Below are positions 1 to 9,255 of a DNA stretch of 57,474 nt, piece after piece. The stretch's first letter is position 1. Every line of letters begins with the position of its first letter. The notes under the pieces were generated by a model. The model did not search any database and was not told the DNA's origin. It worked only from the letters and a program-made list of their open reading frames with translations. Made by a program: the position numbers and the translations under genes. The stretch is from an uncultured Dehalococcoidia bacterium (GTDB lineage Bacteria; Chloroflexota; Dehalococcoidia; Lucifugimonadales; UBA3495), in contig CATMOE010000017.1 in assembly GCA_950072105.1 (NCBI GenBank), positions 1 to 57,474 of the forward strand, read 5' to 3'.

Positions 1-9
1 GAGGGACGA

Positions 10-50
10 CCCCTCTACTCTAGCTCTCCCCCTTCGTAAGGGGGAGAGGA
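10..50. repeat. GC-rich palindromic repeat (family A variant)
   Basis: Hairpin CTCTCCCCCTT-cgt-AAGGGGGAGAG preceded by a C-rich leader; resembles copies at 21.3, 21.4, 36.4 and 45.0 kb. Confidence 0.65.
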
Positions 51-74
51 CAGTCCGCTAAGGGCGAGTTGTCC

Positions 75-1289
75 TTAATCAGCAACGCTAACCTTCCCGT
101 ACAAGCCGTCATAGCCTGGTTCGATACTCACCTCGCCAACCCGGGCCTTCAGGATGTTTCGGGCCAGGGGTTCTCCTGCGGCGGCTACGAGGTCGGCCTC
201 CTCGGCCCACGCCAGGATGTTCAGCTCATTGCCCAACTCCCCAATGATGCGGCTGTATTCTTTTTGGACCCGCTTGCTGGACGGACCAAGGGCCAAAGTT
301 TCCGAGATGATTTCTTGCAACGGGACCAACCGGATGAAGGGTGGAAAGCCTTCTTGGTTCTGCACAAAGCCGGTGCCGTCTCTGTGACATGCTTCTTCGC
401 CATCGGAAAGCGCATTGATTCGATGCAGTACGCCCAGAGTGAGCGGTCTGTCGCAAGCGGGGCAACGTTGGCCGATACGCTGGGTATCTTCCGGAGAGTG
501 TCTTATCCCGCATTTCCGGTGCCCAGTGTGGTGATACTTACCCTCCTCAGGGTAAAACTCCACGGAGTAGGCAATTTGGCGATGTTTCAGGGCTTGAGCC
601 AATTCGCCGTACCCCAAATCTCCTTCAAATACCGTAAGCTCCCGCCCCAGTTTTGGCGCGGAGTGGGCGTCGGAGAAGGAAACTATGGCCCTTCCGGCCA
701 CCTCTCGGATGTTCCAGTTCATCGCCGGGTCGCTGGACAGCCCGGTCTCGATGGCGTGGATGTGTGGCGACATGTCCAGGAAACACTCTTCCAGGGAATC
801 AAACCCGGATTTGGACCCGAACAATCCGAACCAAGGTGTCCAAACGTGGGCCGGAATGACCATGCATTGGTGGTTTATGTCCAATGCCAAAGCGGTCAGG
901 TCCCTGGCGGACATGGGCAAAGTCGGCCGGCCGGCCGACTCCAGTTTGGCCCCTACCTTGGAGAAGGCCGTGTAAAGTTCGGCTACCGTCGCGAAATCCG
1001 GAGCGAACAGCAACATATGAACTCTCCGGCTTCTTCCTCCCTGTTTATAGACGCAGCTGACTTCGGTGCCTAAGACGAAGCTAACGCCGCCGAACCGGTA
1101 TAACCCCGGCGACACCGGATCCAACTTCTCCTCCAACTCCCGGCGCCAAGCCGGGTGAGTGAAATCCGCGCTGGAAAGCAAATCGATACCTTTAATCCGA
1201 GCCCACGCAGCCAAACTCTCCAGGGTTAGGTTCTTACTGGTGGCGTAGGCGTAGCGAGAGTGTAGGTGAAGGTCTGCGGCGTAGGTCAT
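75..1289 (-). CDS. Endonuclease Q family PHP-domain nuclease
   Basis: DLHLHSRY, DFTHP, PAHVWTPWF, IETGLSSD, SDAHS, GKYH and a zinc finger (C..CPAC), all typical of EndoQ. Confidence 0.85.
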   Translation of the reverse strand: MTYAADLHLHSRYAYATSKNLTLESLAAWARIKGIDLLSSADFTHPAWRRELEEKLDPVSPGLYRFGGVSFVLGTEVSCVYKQGGRSRRVHMLLFAPDFATVAELYTAFSKVGAKLESAGRPTLPMSARDLTALALDINHQCMVIPAHVWTPWFGLFGSKSGFDSLEECFLDMSPHIHAIETGLSSDPAMNWNIREVAGRAIVSFSDAHSAPKLGRELTVFEGDLGYGELAQALKHRQIAYSVEFYPEEGKYHHTGHRKCGIRHSPEDTQRIGQRCPACDRPLTLGVLHRINALSDGEEACHRDGTGFVQNQEGFPPFIRLVPLQEIISETLALGPSSKRVQKEYSRIIGELGNELNILAWAEEADLVAAAGEPLARNILKARVGEVSIEPGYDGLYGKVSVAD

Positions 1290-1552
1290 GGGCCCAGTCT
1301 AGCACGGGCGTGGGAGGGGCGTTATGTAAACCGGTCAGATCGCGATATCGCCGGGCTGGAACCACAATAAGACTGGTTCCGCTTTCACCCGTTGGTCAGG
1401 CCGTATCTTGACCGGTGGGACCGCCTGACTTATGATTCTGGCTGGTGAAAGTGATAACATAGCATTGTGAAATAGTCGGCCGCCCTTCGATATATACCAC
1501 CAGGAAATAGGGGCCGGCCAACGTCCGCCAAACCGTAGGAGGTTTTAACAGA

Positions 1553-3184
1553 ATGCCCGCGAAACATATAATCCGCGACGAAGAGGCCCAGAAGGCTTTA
1601 TTGAATGGGATCAAGGCGATAGCCAACGCTGTCAGCCTGACCCTGGGACCCAGGGGACAGAACGTGATCCTGGAGAAGAAGTGGGGAGCGCCGGTCATCA
1701 CCAACGACGGGGTGGCCATCGCCAAAGAGATCGACCTGCCGGAATCCTTCGAAAATATGGGCGCTCAACTGATTAAAGAAGCCGCCACCAAAACCAATGA
1801 ATCGGCCGGCGACGGCACAACCACCGCCACAATCTTGGCCCATTTAATCGTCCGGGAAGGGATGAGGCTGGTAGCCGCCGGCACCGACCCCATGGCATTG
1901 AAAAGAGGCATCGACAAGGGTGTGAAAGCCATCGTAGCCGAGCTGGATAACCTGTCCACTCCGGTGGACACTAGGGAACAGACCGCTCAAGTCGCCACCA
2001 TCTCCGCCAACGATGACAAGATCGGCGAGATGATAGCCGATGTTATGGATCACGTGGGCCGTGACGGCGTCATCACCGTTGAAGAAAGCAAAGGGATCGA
2101 ATCCGAGACCGAGTACGTCGATGGCATGACCTTTGATCGCGGCTACATCAGCCCTTATTTCGTGACCAACCCTGAGCGGATGGAAACCGTGATAGAAGAC
2201 CCCTACATCCTGATTACCGATAAGAAAATATCGTCGGTGGCCGACCTGGTACCGATCTTGGAGAAGCACCTCCAGGTTTCCAAGAACCTGGTGATCATCG
2301 GCGAAGACGTTGATAGCGAAGCTCTGGCCGTGTTGGTGGTGAACAAGATGCGTGGCACCATCAACTGTTTGGCATTGAAAGCGCCCGGATTCGGAGACCG
2401 CCGCAAGGCGATGCTGGAGGATATCGCGATCCTCACCGGTGGCACGGTCATTTCCGAAGAACAGGGGCGCAAACTGGACCTTACCAATATCGAAGATCTT
2501 GGACAAGCCCGGAGGGTGATTTCCACCAAAGACAAGACCACCATCATCGACGGCAAGGGCGACAAAGCCATTATTACCGCCCGGGTGGACCAGATCCAGG
2601 TCCAGATGGAAGATACAACTTCGGAGTACGACAAAGAGAAGCTACAAGAGCGCATGGCCAAGCTTGCCGGCGGCGTTGCAGTCATTAAAGTAGGCGGCGC
2701 CACCGAGCCCGAACTAAAGGAGCGCAAGCAAAGGGTTGAGGATGCTCTTTCCGCCACCAGGGCGGCCGTGGACGAGGGCATCGTGCCCGGTGGGGGAGTG
2801 GCCTACATCCGGGCGATGCACGTTCTAGACAACTTGGGCCTGGAGAGGGACGAGGCGAATGCAGTGACGGTTCTTAAAAAGGCTTTGGAGGAACCCATCC
2901 GGATAATCGCCTCAAACTCCGGCCAAGAGGGCGCCGTCGTTCTGGAGAATATCCGCCAAAATCAGTCCCAAAACTACGGCTTCGACGCCTCGAATATCGA
3001 ATACGGAGACCTGGTGGACAAGGGCATCATCGACCCGGCCAAGGTGGCCCGCATCGCGCTGGAAAACGCGGCCAGTGTAGCCAGCATGATATTGACCACC
3101 CAATCCCTTATCACCGAAGAGGAAGCGGAAGACGCGCATGCCGGCCACGACCATGGCCACGACCACGGCGGCGGTATGTTCTAA
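1553..3184 (+). CDS. groEL: Chaperonin GroEL (Cpn60) with His-rich C-terminal tail
   Basis: [28 protein letters not shown] motifs; RBS AGGAGG; ends [16 protein letters not shown]. Confidence 0.98.
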   Translation: MPAKHIIRDEEAQKALLNGIKAIANAVSLTLGPRGQNVILEKKWGAPVITNDGVAIAKEIDLPESFENMGAQLIKEAATKTNESAGDGTTTATILAHLIVREGMRLVAAGTDPMALKRGIDKGVKAIVAELDNLSTPVDTREQTAQVATISANDDKIGEMIADVMDHVGRDGVITVEESKGIESETEYVDGMTFDRGYISPYFVTNPERMETVIEDPYILITDKKISSVADLVPILEKHLQVSKNLVIIGEDVDSEALAVLVVNKMRGTINCLALKAPGFGDRRKAMLEDIAILTGGTVISEEQGRKLDLTNIEDLGQARRVISTKDKTTIIDGKGDKAIITARVDQIQVQMEDTTSEYDKEKLQERMAKLAGGVAVIKVGGATEPELKERKQRVEDALSATRAAVDEGIVPGGGVAYIRAMHVLDNLGLERDEANAVTVLKKALEEPIRIIASNSGQEGAVVLENIRQNQSQNYGFDASNIEYGDLVDKGIIDPAKVARIALENAASVASMILTTQSLITEEEAEDAHAGHDHGHDHGGGMF

Positions 3185-3215
3185 CCGGCCTTCCTAACTA
3201 GGCCAACAAAAACAT

Positions 3216-3249
3216 CAGGCCCCGGCGGTTTCCTGCCGGGGCCTGTTTT
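3216..3249 (+). terminator. Intrinsic terminator after groEL, probably bidirectional
   Basis: CAGGCCCCGGCGG..CCTGCCGGGGCCTG followed by TTTT and preceded by an A-rich tract. Confidence 0.85.
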
Positions 3250-3300
3250 AGTTTCAGTCCTTCGTTGAATACCTGGGGCTCCGAATTGCTGGGGCTCCGC

Positions 3301-4059
3301 TCAGGCGTACTCCAACAATATTTCCGCCAACTCTCGAGGTTGCTGCAGCATTACCTGATGGCAGGAATCTAGCTCAACTACGTCGACTCCGGGCACCCGC
3401 TGCGCCATTCGGTGTTGTGACTCCGGCGGTAGTATCTTGTCCTGATTCAGTACCACGTAGGTCACCGGACTCGTAGGCTCCGGCCGGTCTAACGCTACCT
3501 TGGTGGTCAGTACCCGCCTAGCCACCGGCCCAAAGCGGCCTACTGAGTGGACCACTTCCATGGGATCCATGCCGTTGCATAGGAAATTGTAGATCACCGA
3601 GCGGGGCAGCCTCAAACCTTTGCCTGAAAAAGCGCTCAAGACTGACAAAATCCGAAAGGTGACCCTGGTTTTCTGGGGGAGCACGCTAAGCATGCTACGC
3701 TGGTAAAGAGGGACCATGCCGGCCACCAAAACGATGCGCTTGGGAGGCTTGTCCAACTGCCCAGCCGCTTGAAGCACCATGCTGCCCGCGAAGCCGTGTC
3801 CTACCAGCACCAGATCCTTCAACTCATGGCGTTCCACTGCCCGGGTTATAGCATGAACGCACTCTTCCAACCTGACGTCGGTGGTGTCTCCGTAGGCGTC
3901 CGCGCCGTGCCCCGGCAGGTCCAATGTGAACACCCGGTTTGCGACGCGCGGGGAGTAGAGCCGGGGCGGATGCTCCACCGGCGCAGTCAGGTAACCCCAC
4001 ACCTGGCCCCAAGTCCAGGCTCCTTGTCCGGCGCCGTGGACCAAAAGAAAGTCTGTCAT
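3301..4059 (-). CDS. Alpha/beta-fold hydrolase-like protein (methylesterase-like), nucleophile Ser replaced by Gly
   Basis: LLVHGAGQGAW, DLPGHG, GHGFAG in place of GHSxGG, QDK and SCH acid/His positions. Confidence 0.85.
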   Translation of the reverse strand: MTDFLLVHGAGQGAWTWGQVWGYLTAPVEHPPRLYSPRVANRVFTLDLPGHGADAYGDTTDVRLEECVHAITRAVERHELKDLVLVGHGFAGSMVLQAAGQLDKPPKRIVLVAGMVPLYQRSMLSVLPQKTRVTFRILSVLSAFSGKGLRLPRSVIYNFLCNGMDPMEVVHSVGRFGPVARRVLTTKVALDRPEPTSPVTYVVLNQDKILPPESQHRMAQRVPGVDVVELDSCHQVMLQQPRELAEILLEYA

Positions 4060-4144
4060 ACGTCCATCTTACCGTTAGTTTCCCCAGTCAGCCAACTCAT
4101 TTTTCGTTACCTGCCCGATTTCCAAGTCGCCCGTTGGATATGGA

Positions 4145-4210
4145 GTTCCACGAACTCACCAAGAACGGTGTGTGGCCTCCTCTCCGTTCGTCCTGAGCTT
4201 GTGTCGAAAG
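4145..4210. repeat. Inverted pair of REP-like repeats (family C, CCGTTCGTCCTGAGCTTGTCGAAG type)
   Basis: GTTCCACGAACTCACCAAGAACGG and CCGTTCGTCCTGAGCTTGTGTCGAAAG are imperfect inverted copies; related half at 55894-55909. Confidence 0.65.
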
Positions 4211-4219
4211 ATCCCGAAC

Positions 4220-5584
4220 CTAGCCCGAAAACGCTTCCCGTAGCGCCGTCAGGAGGGCTTCCTCGTCGTCGGGCGTCACGGTGCGGGGGTCCAAGATCAC
4301 CCGGTCGTCTTCGATACGGGCTATCACCGGCGGAACCGCTTCCCGCAGTCTTCGCATCACCCGCTCCGGACTTCCGGCATCGCCCTCGCAGGAAAGGGCC
4401 AGCACCCAAGTCGGCAGGGTCTCTCCGGGAAGGCTGCCGCCACCGATGGCCGATCTACCGGAAATCACCTCTCCGGGAATGGAAAGCTGGGTCTTCCACC
4501 TGGTCGCCCGGTCTTTGATGCCCTGCTCGCCGGCGGAAATCATCTTCCATATGGGAACTTCCGCTTCGGCCTCTTGCTTCAGATAGTGCAACACCGTCGC
4601 CGTCAACCCGGCCAGGCTCATTTTATCTATCCTGACGGCACGGGCCAGGGGATGCCTTTCCAAACGCCGGACCAATTCAGTCTGGCCGACGACGATGCCC
4701 GATTGGGGCCCGCCCAGGAGCTTATCTCCGGAGAAAAAGACCAGTCCCACACCAGCGGCGATGCTTTGCTGGGGAGTTGGCTCGTGGGCCAGTCCGTAGG
4801 CTTCGGTAGGTAACAGAGCGCCGCTGCCCACGTCGTGCAGCACCGGGATTCCCCTCTCCTTGGACAGCTCCACCAGTTCGCTGGGTTCAACCTCAGCGGT
4901 AAACCCTTCCACCCGGAAATTGCTAGAGTGAACTTTCAACATGGCCGAGGTATTATCCGTGATCGCGTCTTGGTAATCCCGGATATAGGTCCGGTTGGTG
5001 GTGCCCACGTCCACCAGGGTAGCGCCGCTTTGCTTGAGAACGTCCGGGATTCGGAAGCCCCCTCCGATCTCCACAGCTTCGCCCCGGGAGACGATGACCT
5101 CCTTGCCCACCGACAGAGCCGACAAACCCAAAAGCAGGGCGGATGCATTGTTGTTCACCGCCAGGGCCGCTTCGGCTCCGGTTACTTGCTGCAACAACGA
5201 TTGGAGGTGAGCCTGCCGGGAGCCACGGCGGCCGGTGCTCAAGTCCATCTCAAGATCGGTGTAGCCTCGGGCAGCCTGGGTCATGGCATCGATGGCCGAC
5301 TGACTCAAAGGGGCCCGCCCCAGGTTAGTGTGGACGATTACCCCAGTGGCGTTGATCACCTGGCGAGGTGCCACTTCATTGATGGACCGAAGTTCCCCGC
5401 CAACCCCATCCGCCACATCCCCGGCAGAGGGCGCTTTGCCACCGTCCCGTATCTGCTGCCGGGCACGGTCCAACTCCCGCCGCACCAGGTCTACCACCCA
5501 GTCGCGGGGATAGGTTTCGGTCAGCGCGGCCATACCGTCACTGGCCATCACCCGGTCCACGCTGGGTAGATCGCGAAACTGCAT
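4220..5584 (-). CDS. selA: L-seryl-tRNA(Sec) selenium transferase
   Basis: INATGVIVHTNLGRAPL, VNNNA, EIGGGFRIP, VGTTNRT, FSGDKLLGGPQ (PLP Lys); start moved to ATG 5584 behind AAGGAG. Confidence 0.95.
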   Translation of the reverse strand: MQFRDLPSVDRVMASDGMAALTETYPRDWVVDLVRRELDRARQQIRDGGKAPSAGDVADGVGGELRSINEVAPRQVINATGVIVHTNLGRAPLSQSAIDAMTQAARGYTDLEMDLSTGRRGSRQAHLQSLLQQVTGAEAALAVNNNASALLLGLSALSVGKEVIVSRGEAVEIGGGFRIPDVLKQSGATLVDVGTTNRTYIRDYQDAITDNTSAMLKVHSSNFRVEGFTAEVEPSELVELSKERGIPVLHDVGSGALLPTEAYGLAHEPTPQQSIAAGVGLVFFSGDKLLGGPQSGIVVGQTELVRRLERHPLARAVRIDKMSLAGLTATVLHYLKQEAEAEVPIWKMISAGEQGIKDRATRWKTQLSIPGEVISGRSAIGGGSLPGETLPTWVLALSCEGDAGSPERVMRRLREAVPPVIARIEDDRVILDPRTVTPDDEEALLTALREAFSG

Positions 5585-5847
5585 CTGTTCAAACTCCTTG
5601 CGGCGGCCACTCGGCAACCGGGCTTTATTTTAACATGAGGCCCGCCGGGTCCGGCCCACCTACAATAATGTTATGTTAAGCTCTTCGTGAGATGAGCCGG
5701 TAGTTTTGAATTTTCCAGAATCATGAAACAGTCCAGGCTCAAGGTTTATAGTAGGAACATACTTGCATCGCAGGCCAGGCACCAAACACGCCCAGCGCCT
5801 CGAAGCTAGTCGCACGCCAATTCCAATCAAATTCAGGAGCAACCGCT

Positions 5848-7077
5848 ATGCAAACAGGGCTTCCGCCGGAGCTAGACGCGCTGAAGAACACCATTCGTCA
5901 GGTAGTCAAGGACGAGTGCGTGCCGCTGGAAGCACACTACCTGGCTAACCCGCCCATGGAAGGCCAGGACGACGGCGGGCCCAGGGGCATCGCTCAGGCC
6001 GTGATGGGAATCGTGGGCACCCTGGATAAAGAGAAGTGGGACCGGCTCAATAATATCTCCAAGCAGACCGGCATCTATACGTCATTCGTGCCGGAAGAGT
6101 ACGGAGGCGGCGGTATGGGGGCTTTGGGCCACGTAGTCTTGGACGAGGAAGTCCACAAGAGCATCGTCCAACTCCCGACCTCACCCGTGCCGATGATGAT
6201 GATTGGGGCCTGCACCCCGGAGCAAGAGCAGCGTTACCTGCACCCAGCGATCCAAGGGGACTTGCAATACGCTTTTGCTCAAACCGAACCCGAGGCGGGG
6301 TCCGACCCCGGCGGGATGATGCAAACCCGGGCGGTAAAGGATGGGGACGACTGGGTGATAAACGGCACCAAGATGTTTATATCCGGGGCGGCGACCGCCG
6401 ACTTTATCCTGCTGCAAGCAATCACCGACCCGGAACGGCGTCAACGGGGCGGCATAACCATGTTCATCATCGACAATCCCACTCCGGGGATGACCTTTGA
6501 TCCCATCCGCATCTGGACTAGTCCGACGCGGTCCCAGCAGCATTTCATCCACCTGGACAACGTTCGGGTGCCCCAGACCCAGGTCTTGGGCGAGGTGGGC
6601 CAGGGATTCACCTTGGGGCAAAAATGGCTGGTCCACCACGACCGGTTGCTTCGGGGGTCCATGGCCACCGGGATACTCAGCCGAGCGTTGGATATGGCTA
6701 TCGAATGGTCCAAACAACGGGTGACTTACGGCCGTCCCATCGCCGACCGGCAGGCCATCCAATGGATGCTCACCGACGTCTACACCGATATCATGACCCT
6801 GAGGTCCTTCACCCGGGAAACAGCGGCCCGGGCGGACAACGGCGAGGACGTTCGCGTCGAGTCGTCCATGATTAAGTACTGCGCCGGGGAGTGGGGGTGG
6901 CGGAGCATCGACAAGATAATGCAGATATTCGGCGGTATGGGCGAAACCCTGGACATGCCGATCGCCCACTGGTATCTCCTGTTACGTCACGCCCGCATCG
7001 GTGGGGGCACATCGGAGATTCATAAGTTCGTCATGGCCCGGGCCCTGCTTAACGGAAGTGTTTCATATCAAGGGTAG
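5848..7077 (+). CDS. Acyl-CoA dehydrogenase family protein
   Basis: FAQTEPEAGSD, INGTKMFIS, QIFGGMG, RIGGGTSEI; RBS AGGAG. Confidence 0.93.
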   Translation: MQTGLPPELDALKNTIRQVVKDECVPLEAHYLANPPMEGQDDGGPRGIAQAVMGIVGTLDKEKWDRLNNISKQTGIYTSFVPEEYGGGGMGALGHVVLDEEVHKSIVQLPTSPVPMMMIGACTPEQEQRYLHPAIQGDLQYAFAQTEPEAGSDPGGMMQTRAVKDGDDWVINGTKMFISGAATADFILLQAITDPERRQRGGITMFIIDNPTPGMTFDPIRIWTSPTRSQQHFIHLDNVRVPQTQVLGEVGQGFTLGQKWLVHHDRLLRGSMATGILSRALDMAIEWSKQRVTYGRPIADRQAIQWMLTDVYTDIMTLRSFTRETAARADNGEDVRVESSMIKYCAGEWGWRSIDKIMQIFGGMGETLDMPIAHWYLLLRHARIGGGTSEIHKFVMARALLNGSVSYQG

Positions 7078-7191
7078 ACGCTCTAGACCCTGCAGAACAC
7101 CAAAAGGCAGCCGAGTAGCCTTTTCCGGAGACCGGAACATCGCCAGTGGATCCGGTTTGCCATCCATGAATTCGGCGGCAGGTTAACCCTA

Positions 7192-7827
7192 ATGGTAAGC
7201 ACTGCCGAAGTCCTAAACTGCACCACTCACGAGCCACTACCGGTACAGGATCGTTCCGGCGCCACTCACTGCTACAACTGCATCATCGAGTCGATGCAGA
7301 TTCAGGCTTATAACCTGGCCCGGCGGATGCTGGAAGATTGGTCCCTGGCCGAGGACGCGGCGCAAGAGAGTTTCGTTTCCGGTTACCGGGCTTTCCACCA
7401 ATTCCGGGGCAACAACCTCAAGGCCTGGGTGATGCGTATCGTCGCGAACACTTGCAAAGACATGCTTCGGTCACGCCGGGCCCGTCCCACCGTTCCCTTA
7501 GATCCCATATCATCAGACCCGGACGACCCCACTGCGCCCCCTTCAGCGGTTGACTTACCGTCTTCTGAAGAGTCCCCGGAAGCCTACGCCGAACGGGAGG
7601 AGTTGGCCCGGATCATCCAATCAGGCCTGGCTTCACTGCCGGAAGAACAGCGGCTGGCAGTCCTGCTGGTGGATGTGCAGGGTATGGACTACGAGGAAGC
7701 CGCCGCAACGATGCATTGCTCTCTGGGCACGGTAAAATCCCGCCTCAGCCGGGGCCGGGGGCGAATGAAGGACTACCTACGAAACACCGGGGAACTATTG
7801 CCCGACCTTTTCCGTCAAGAGGTATAG
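7192..7827 (+). CDS. ECF-type RNA polymerase sigma factor
   Basis: Sigma2 region AEDAAQESF..AWVMRIVANTCKD and sigma4 region YEEAA..GTVKSRLSRGR. Confidence 0.93.
   Translation: MVSTAEVLNCTTHEPLPVQDRSGATHCYNCIIESMQIQAYNLARRMLEDWSLAEDAAQESFVSGYRAFHQFRGNNLKAWVMRIVANTCKDMLRSRRARPTVPLDPISSDPDDPTAPPSAVDLPSSEESPEAYAEREELARIIQSGLASLPEEQRLAVLLVDVQGMDYEEAAATMHCSLGTVKSRLSRGRGRMKDYLRNTGELLPDLFRQEV
7791..7818 (+). promoter_or_regulatory. Putative ECF promoter inside the sigma gene 3' end, upstream of the anti-sigma gene
   Basis: GGAACT-N16-CGTCAA, ending 17 nt before the anti-sigma ATG; same motif occurs twice upstream of the SIMPL gene. Confidence 0.6.
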
Positions 7828-7835
7828 GGCCTATT

Positions 7836-8924
7836 ATGCTGATCTTTAAACGAGGCCACACTCACATAAACCAGGACGATCTGTCCGAGTACCTGGATGG
7901 CCGGCTTTCCGGTACCGCCGCCGCCAGGATAGACCTGCGGCTGACCGAGTGCGCCAGCTGCCGTCGAGATCTGGACGCCCTGCGTTCCACCGTCTCGCTG
8001 CTCCAGCAGATGCCCGAGTTGACACTGCCCCGTAGTTTCATCATGCCGGGACCACCGCCGGCCCCGGTGGCCTTGCGGCCACCGGCTCCTCTGCGCATGC
8101 CCCAGTGGGTATACTCCGGCGCGGCAGCCACAGCCGCATTGGTTTTCGCCATTCTGGTTTCCGCCGACGCCACCGGATTGCTGGCCCCAAAGCTCACCGC
8201 TCAGCCGGAAGTAACGGCGCAGGCGCTTCGGGCGGCGCCCGAAAGCTTCCAACAAGAAGACAGGGATGGCGCGGCTCGCGCCATCGAGATGGCCGCGCCC
8301 CAAGCCCCGGTTGTAAACGAGGCAATATCAGCGGAAAAGGGCCTCAATATCGCTGTGACTCGAGAGACTGAGGTAGCCGAGGCCGAGGCGGTAGCCCCGA
8401 CCTTACGGCAAGCGGCGGTCCCACCTCAAACCGCCGCCAAGGTGGAAGCCCCAGCGGATACTTCGGCTTCCGCTCCAGTGGCCGCCATGGCCGCCCCCGA
8501 GATGGAAAAGGCCGTGGAATCCAAATTGGCACTGCCTCCCCCGGTAGCTGCCATGGCCACCACCGAGGTTGAGGAAGTCGCGACCTCCGAGGTAGCTCGA
8601 CCTCAACCAGAAGCCGCCATGTCCGCGCTTGCGGTTGAAGAAGGAGTTAAAGCCAAATCAGTCCCGCTTACGCCGGAAGTTGCCATGGCCGCCGCTAAAG
8701 CCGATGAATCAGCAAAAATGAAGGCAGATTCAACGCCTTCGATAATCGCCCTTACTACCCCGCAGCGACCTCCGGAGCCTACGACGGTGGCCCAAGATTC
8801 GCCTACAGGTATCCCTCCACCCTATAACCCGATTAATATTTGGCGGGTTCTGGAAGGATTGGCGGCGGTGACGGCAGTGGGCTTTTTAGTAGTTTGGATA
8901 CTGAGACGGCGTGCCGGACGCTAG
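7836..8924 (+). CDS. Membrane-anchored anti-sigma factor (zf-HC2/ZAS-like N-terminus, Ala/Pro/Glu-rich repeat region)
   Basis: LSEYLDGRL..ECASC, a TM segment, a low-complexity region, then a C-terminal TM with RRR tail; directly downstream of the ECF gene. Confidence 0.85.
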   Translation: MLIFKRGHTHINQDDLSEYLDGRLSGTAAARIDLRLTECASCRRDLDALRSTVSLLQQMPELTLPRSFIMPGPPPAPVALRPPAPLRMPQWVYSGAAATAALVFAILVSADATGLLAPKLTAQPEVTAQALRAAPESFQQEDRDGAARAIEMAAPQAPVVNEAISAEKGLNIAVTRETEVAEAEAVAPTLRQAAVPPQTAAKVEAPADTSASAPVAAMAAPEMEKAVESKLALPPPVAAMATTEVEEVATSEVARPQPEAAMSALAVEEGVKAKSVPLTPEVAMAAAKADESAKMKADSTPSIIALTTPQRPPEPTTVAQDSPTGIPPPYNPINIWRVLEGLAAVTAVGFLVVWILRRRAGR

Positions 8925-9132
8925 AACGGCCGCATGGTTGGACCGCCTCGCCCGGAATCTTCGTCGTTAGGACCACTGTCTTTCCGGCCACCGCGCATCA
9001 GTTCCTATGCCTGCCAATCTTTATCCCAATCGTCACCACTTTGGTCAGCCGTATTACCTACTGTAAATCGGCCGTTTTATCGATTACTCGAGAAGCCCAC
9101 CGGTCTATTCTGAATTCATCGTCTATCCGCCG

Positions 9133-9237
9133 GGAATTTTTTTGGCCGGCGGCCCGTCATAGATACTGTAGGCCATAAACAGATCCCAAACGGGGGGAAA
9201 CCGGCCAGGAATTATCAGGGGGATATCCCCCGTCAAA
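9133..9237 (+). promoter_or_regulatory. Two tandem putative ECF promoters
   Basis: GGAATT-N16-CGTCAT (9133-9160) and GGAATT-N17-CGTCAA (9208-9236). Confidence 0.6.
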
Positions 9238-9255
9238 CAAATACAGGAGGAAACC

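Noticed and set aside
69..1073. 334-aa plus-strand ORF and the many other long antisense or overlapping ORFs in the track
   Set aside because: They shadow well-supported genes on the opposite strand or frame, have no motifs, and are expected in GC-rich DNA
1290..1552. CIRCE or Rex site upstream of groEL
   Set aside because: No TTAGCACTC-N9-GAGTGCTAA; the best Rex-like match has about 4 mismatches
3273..3299. Direct repeat CTGGGGCTCCG x2
   Set aside because: Only two short copies and no associated structure
7134..7158. GGAAC-N16-GTT upstream of the ECF gene as an autoregulatory promoter
   Set aside because: Its -10 element does not match the CGTCA seen at the other three sites; too weak to call
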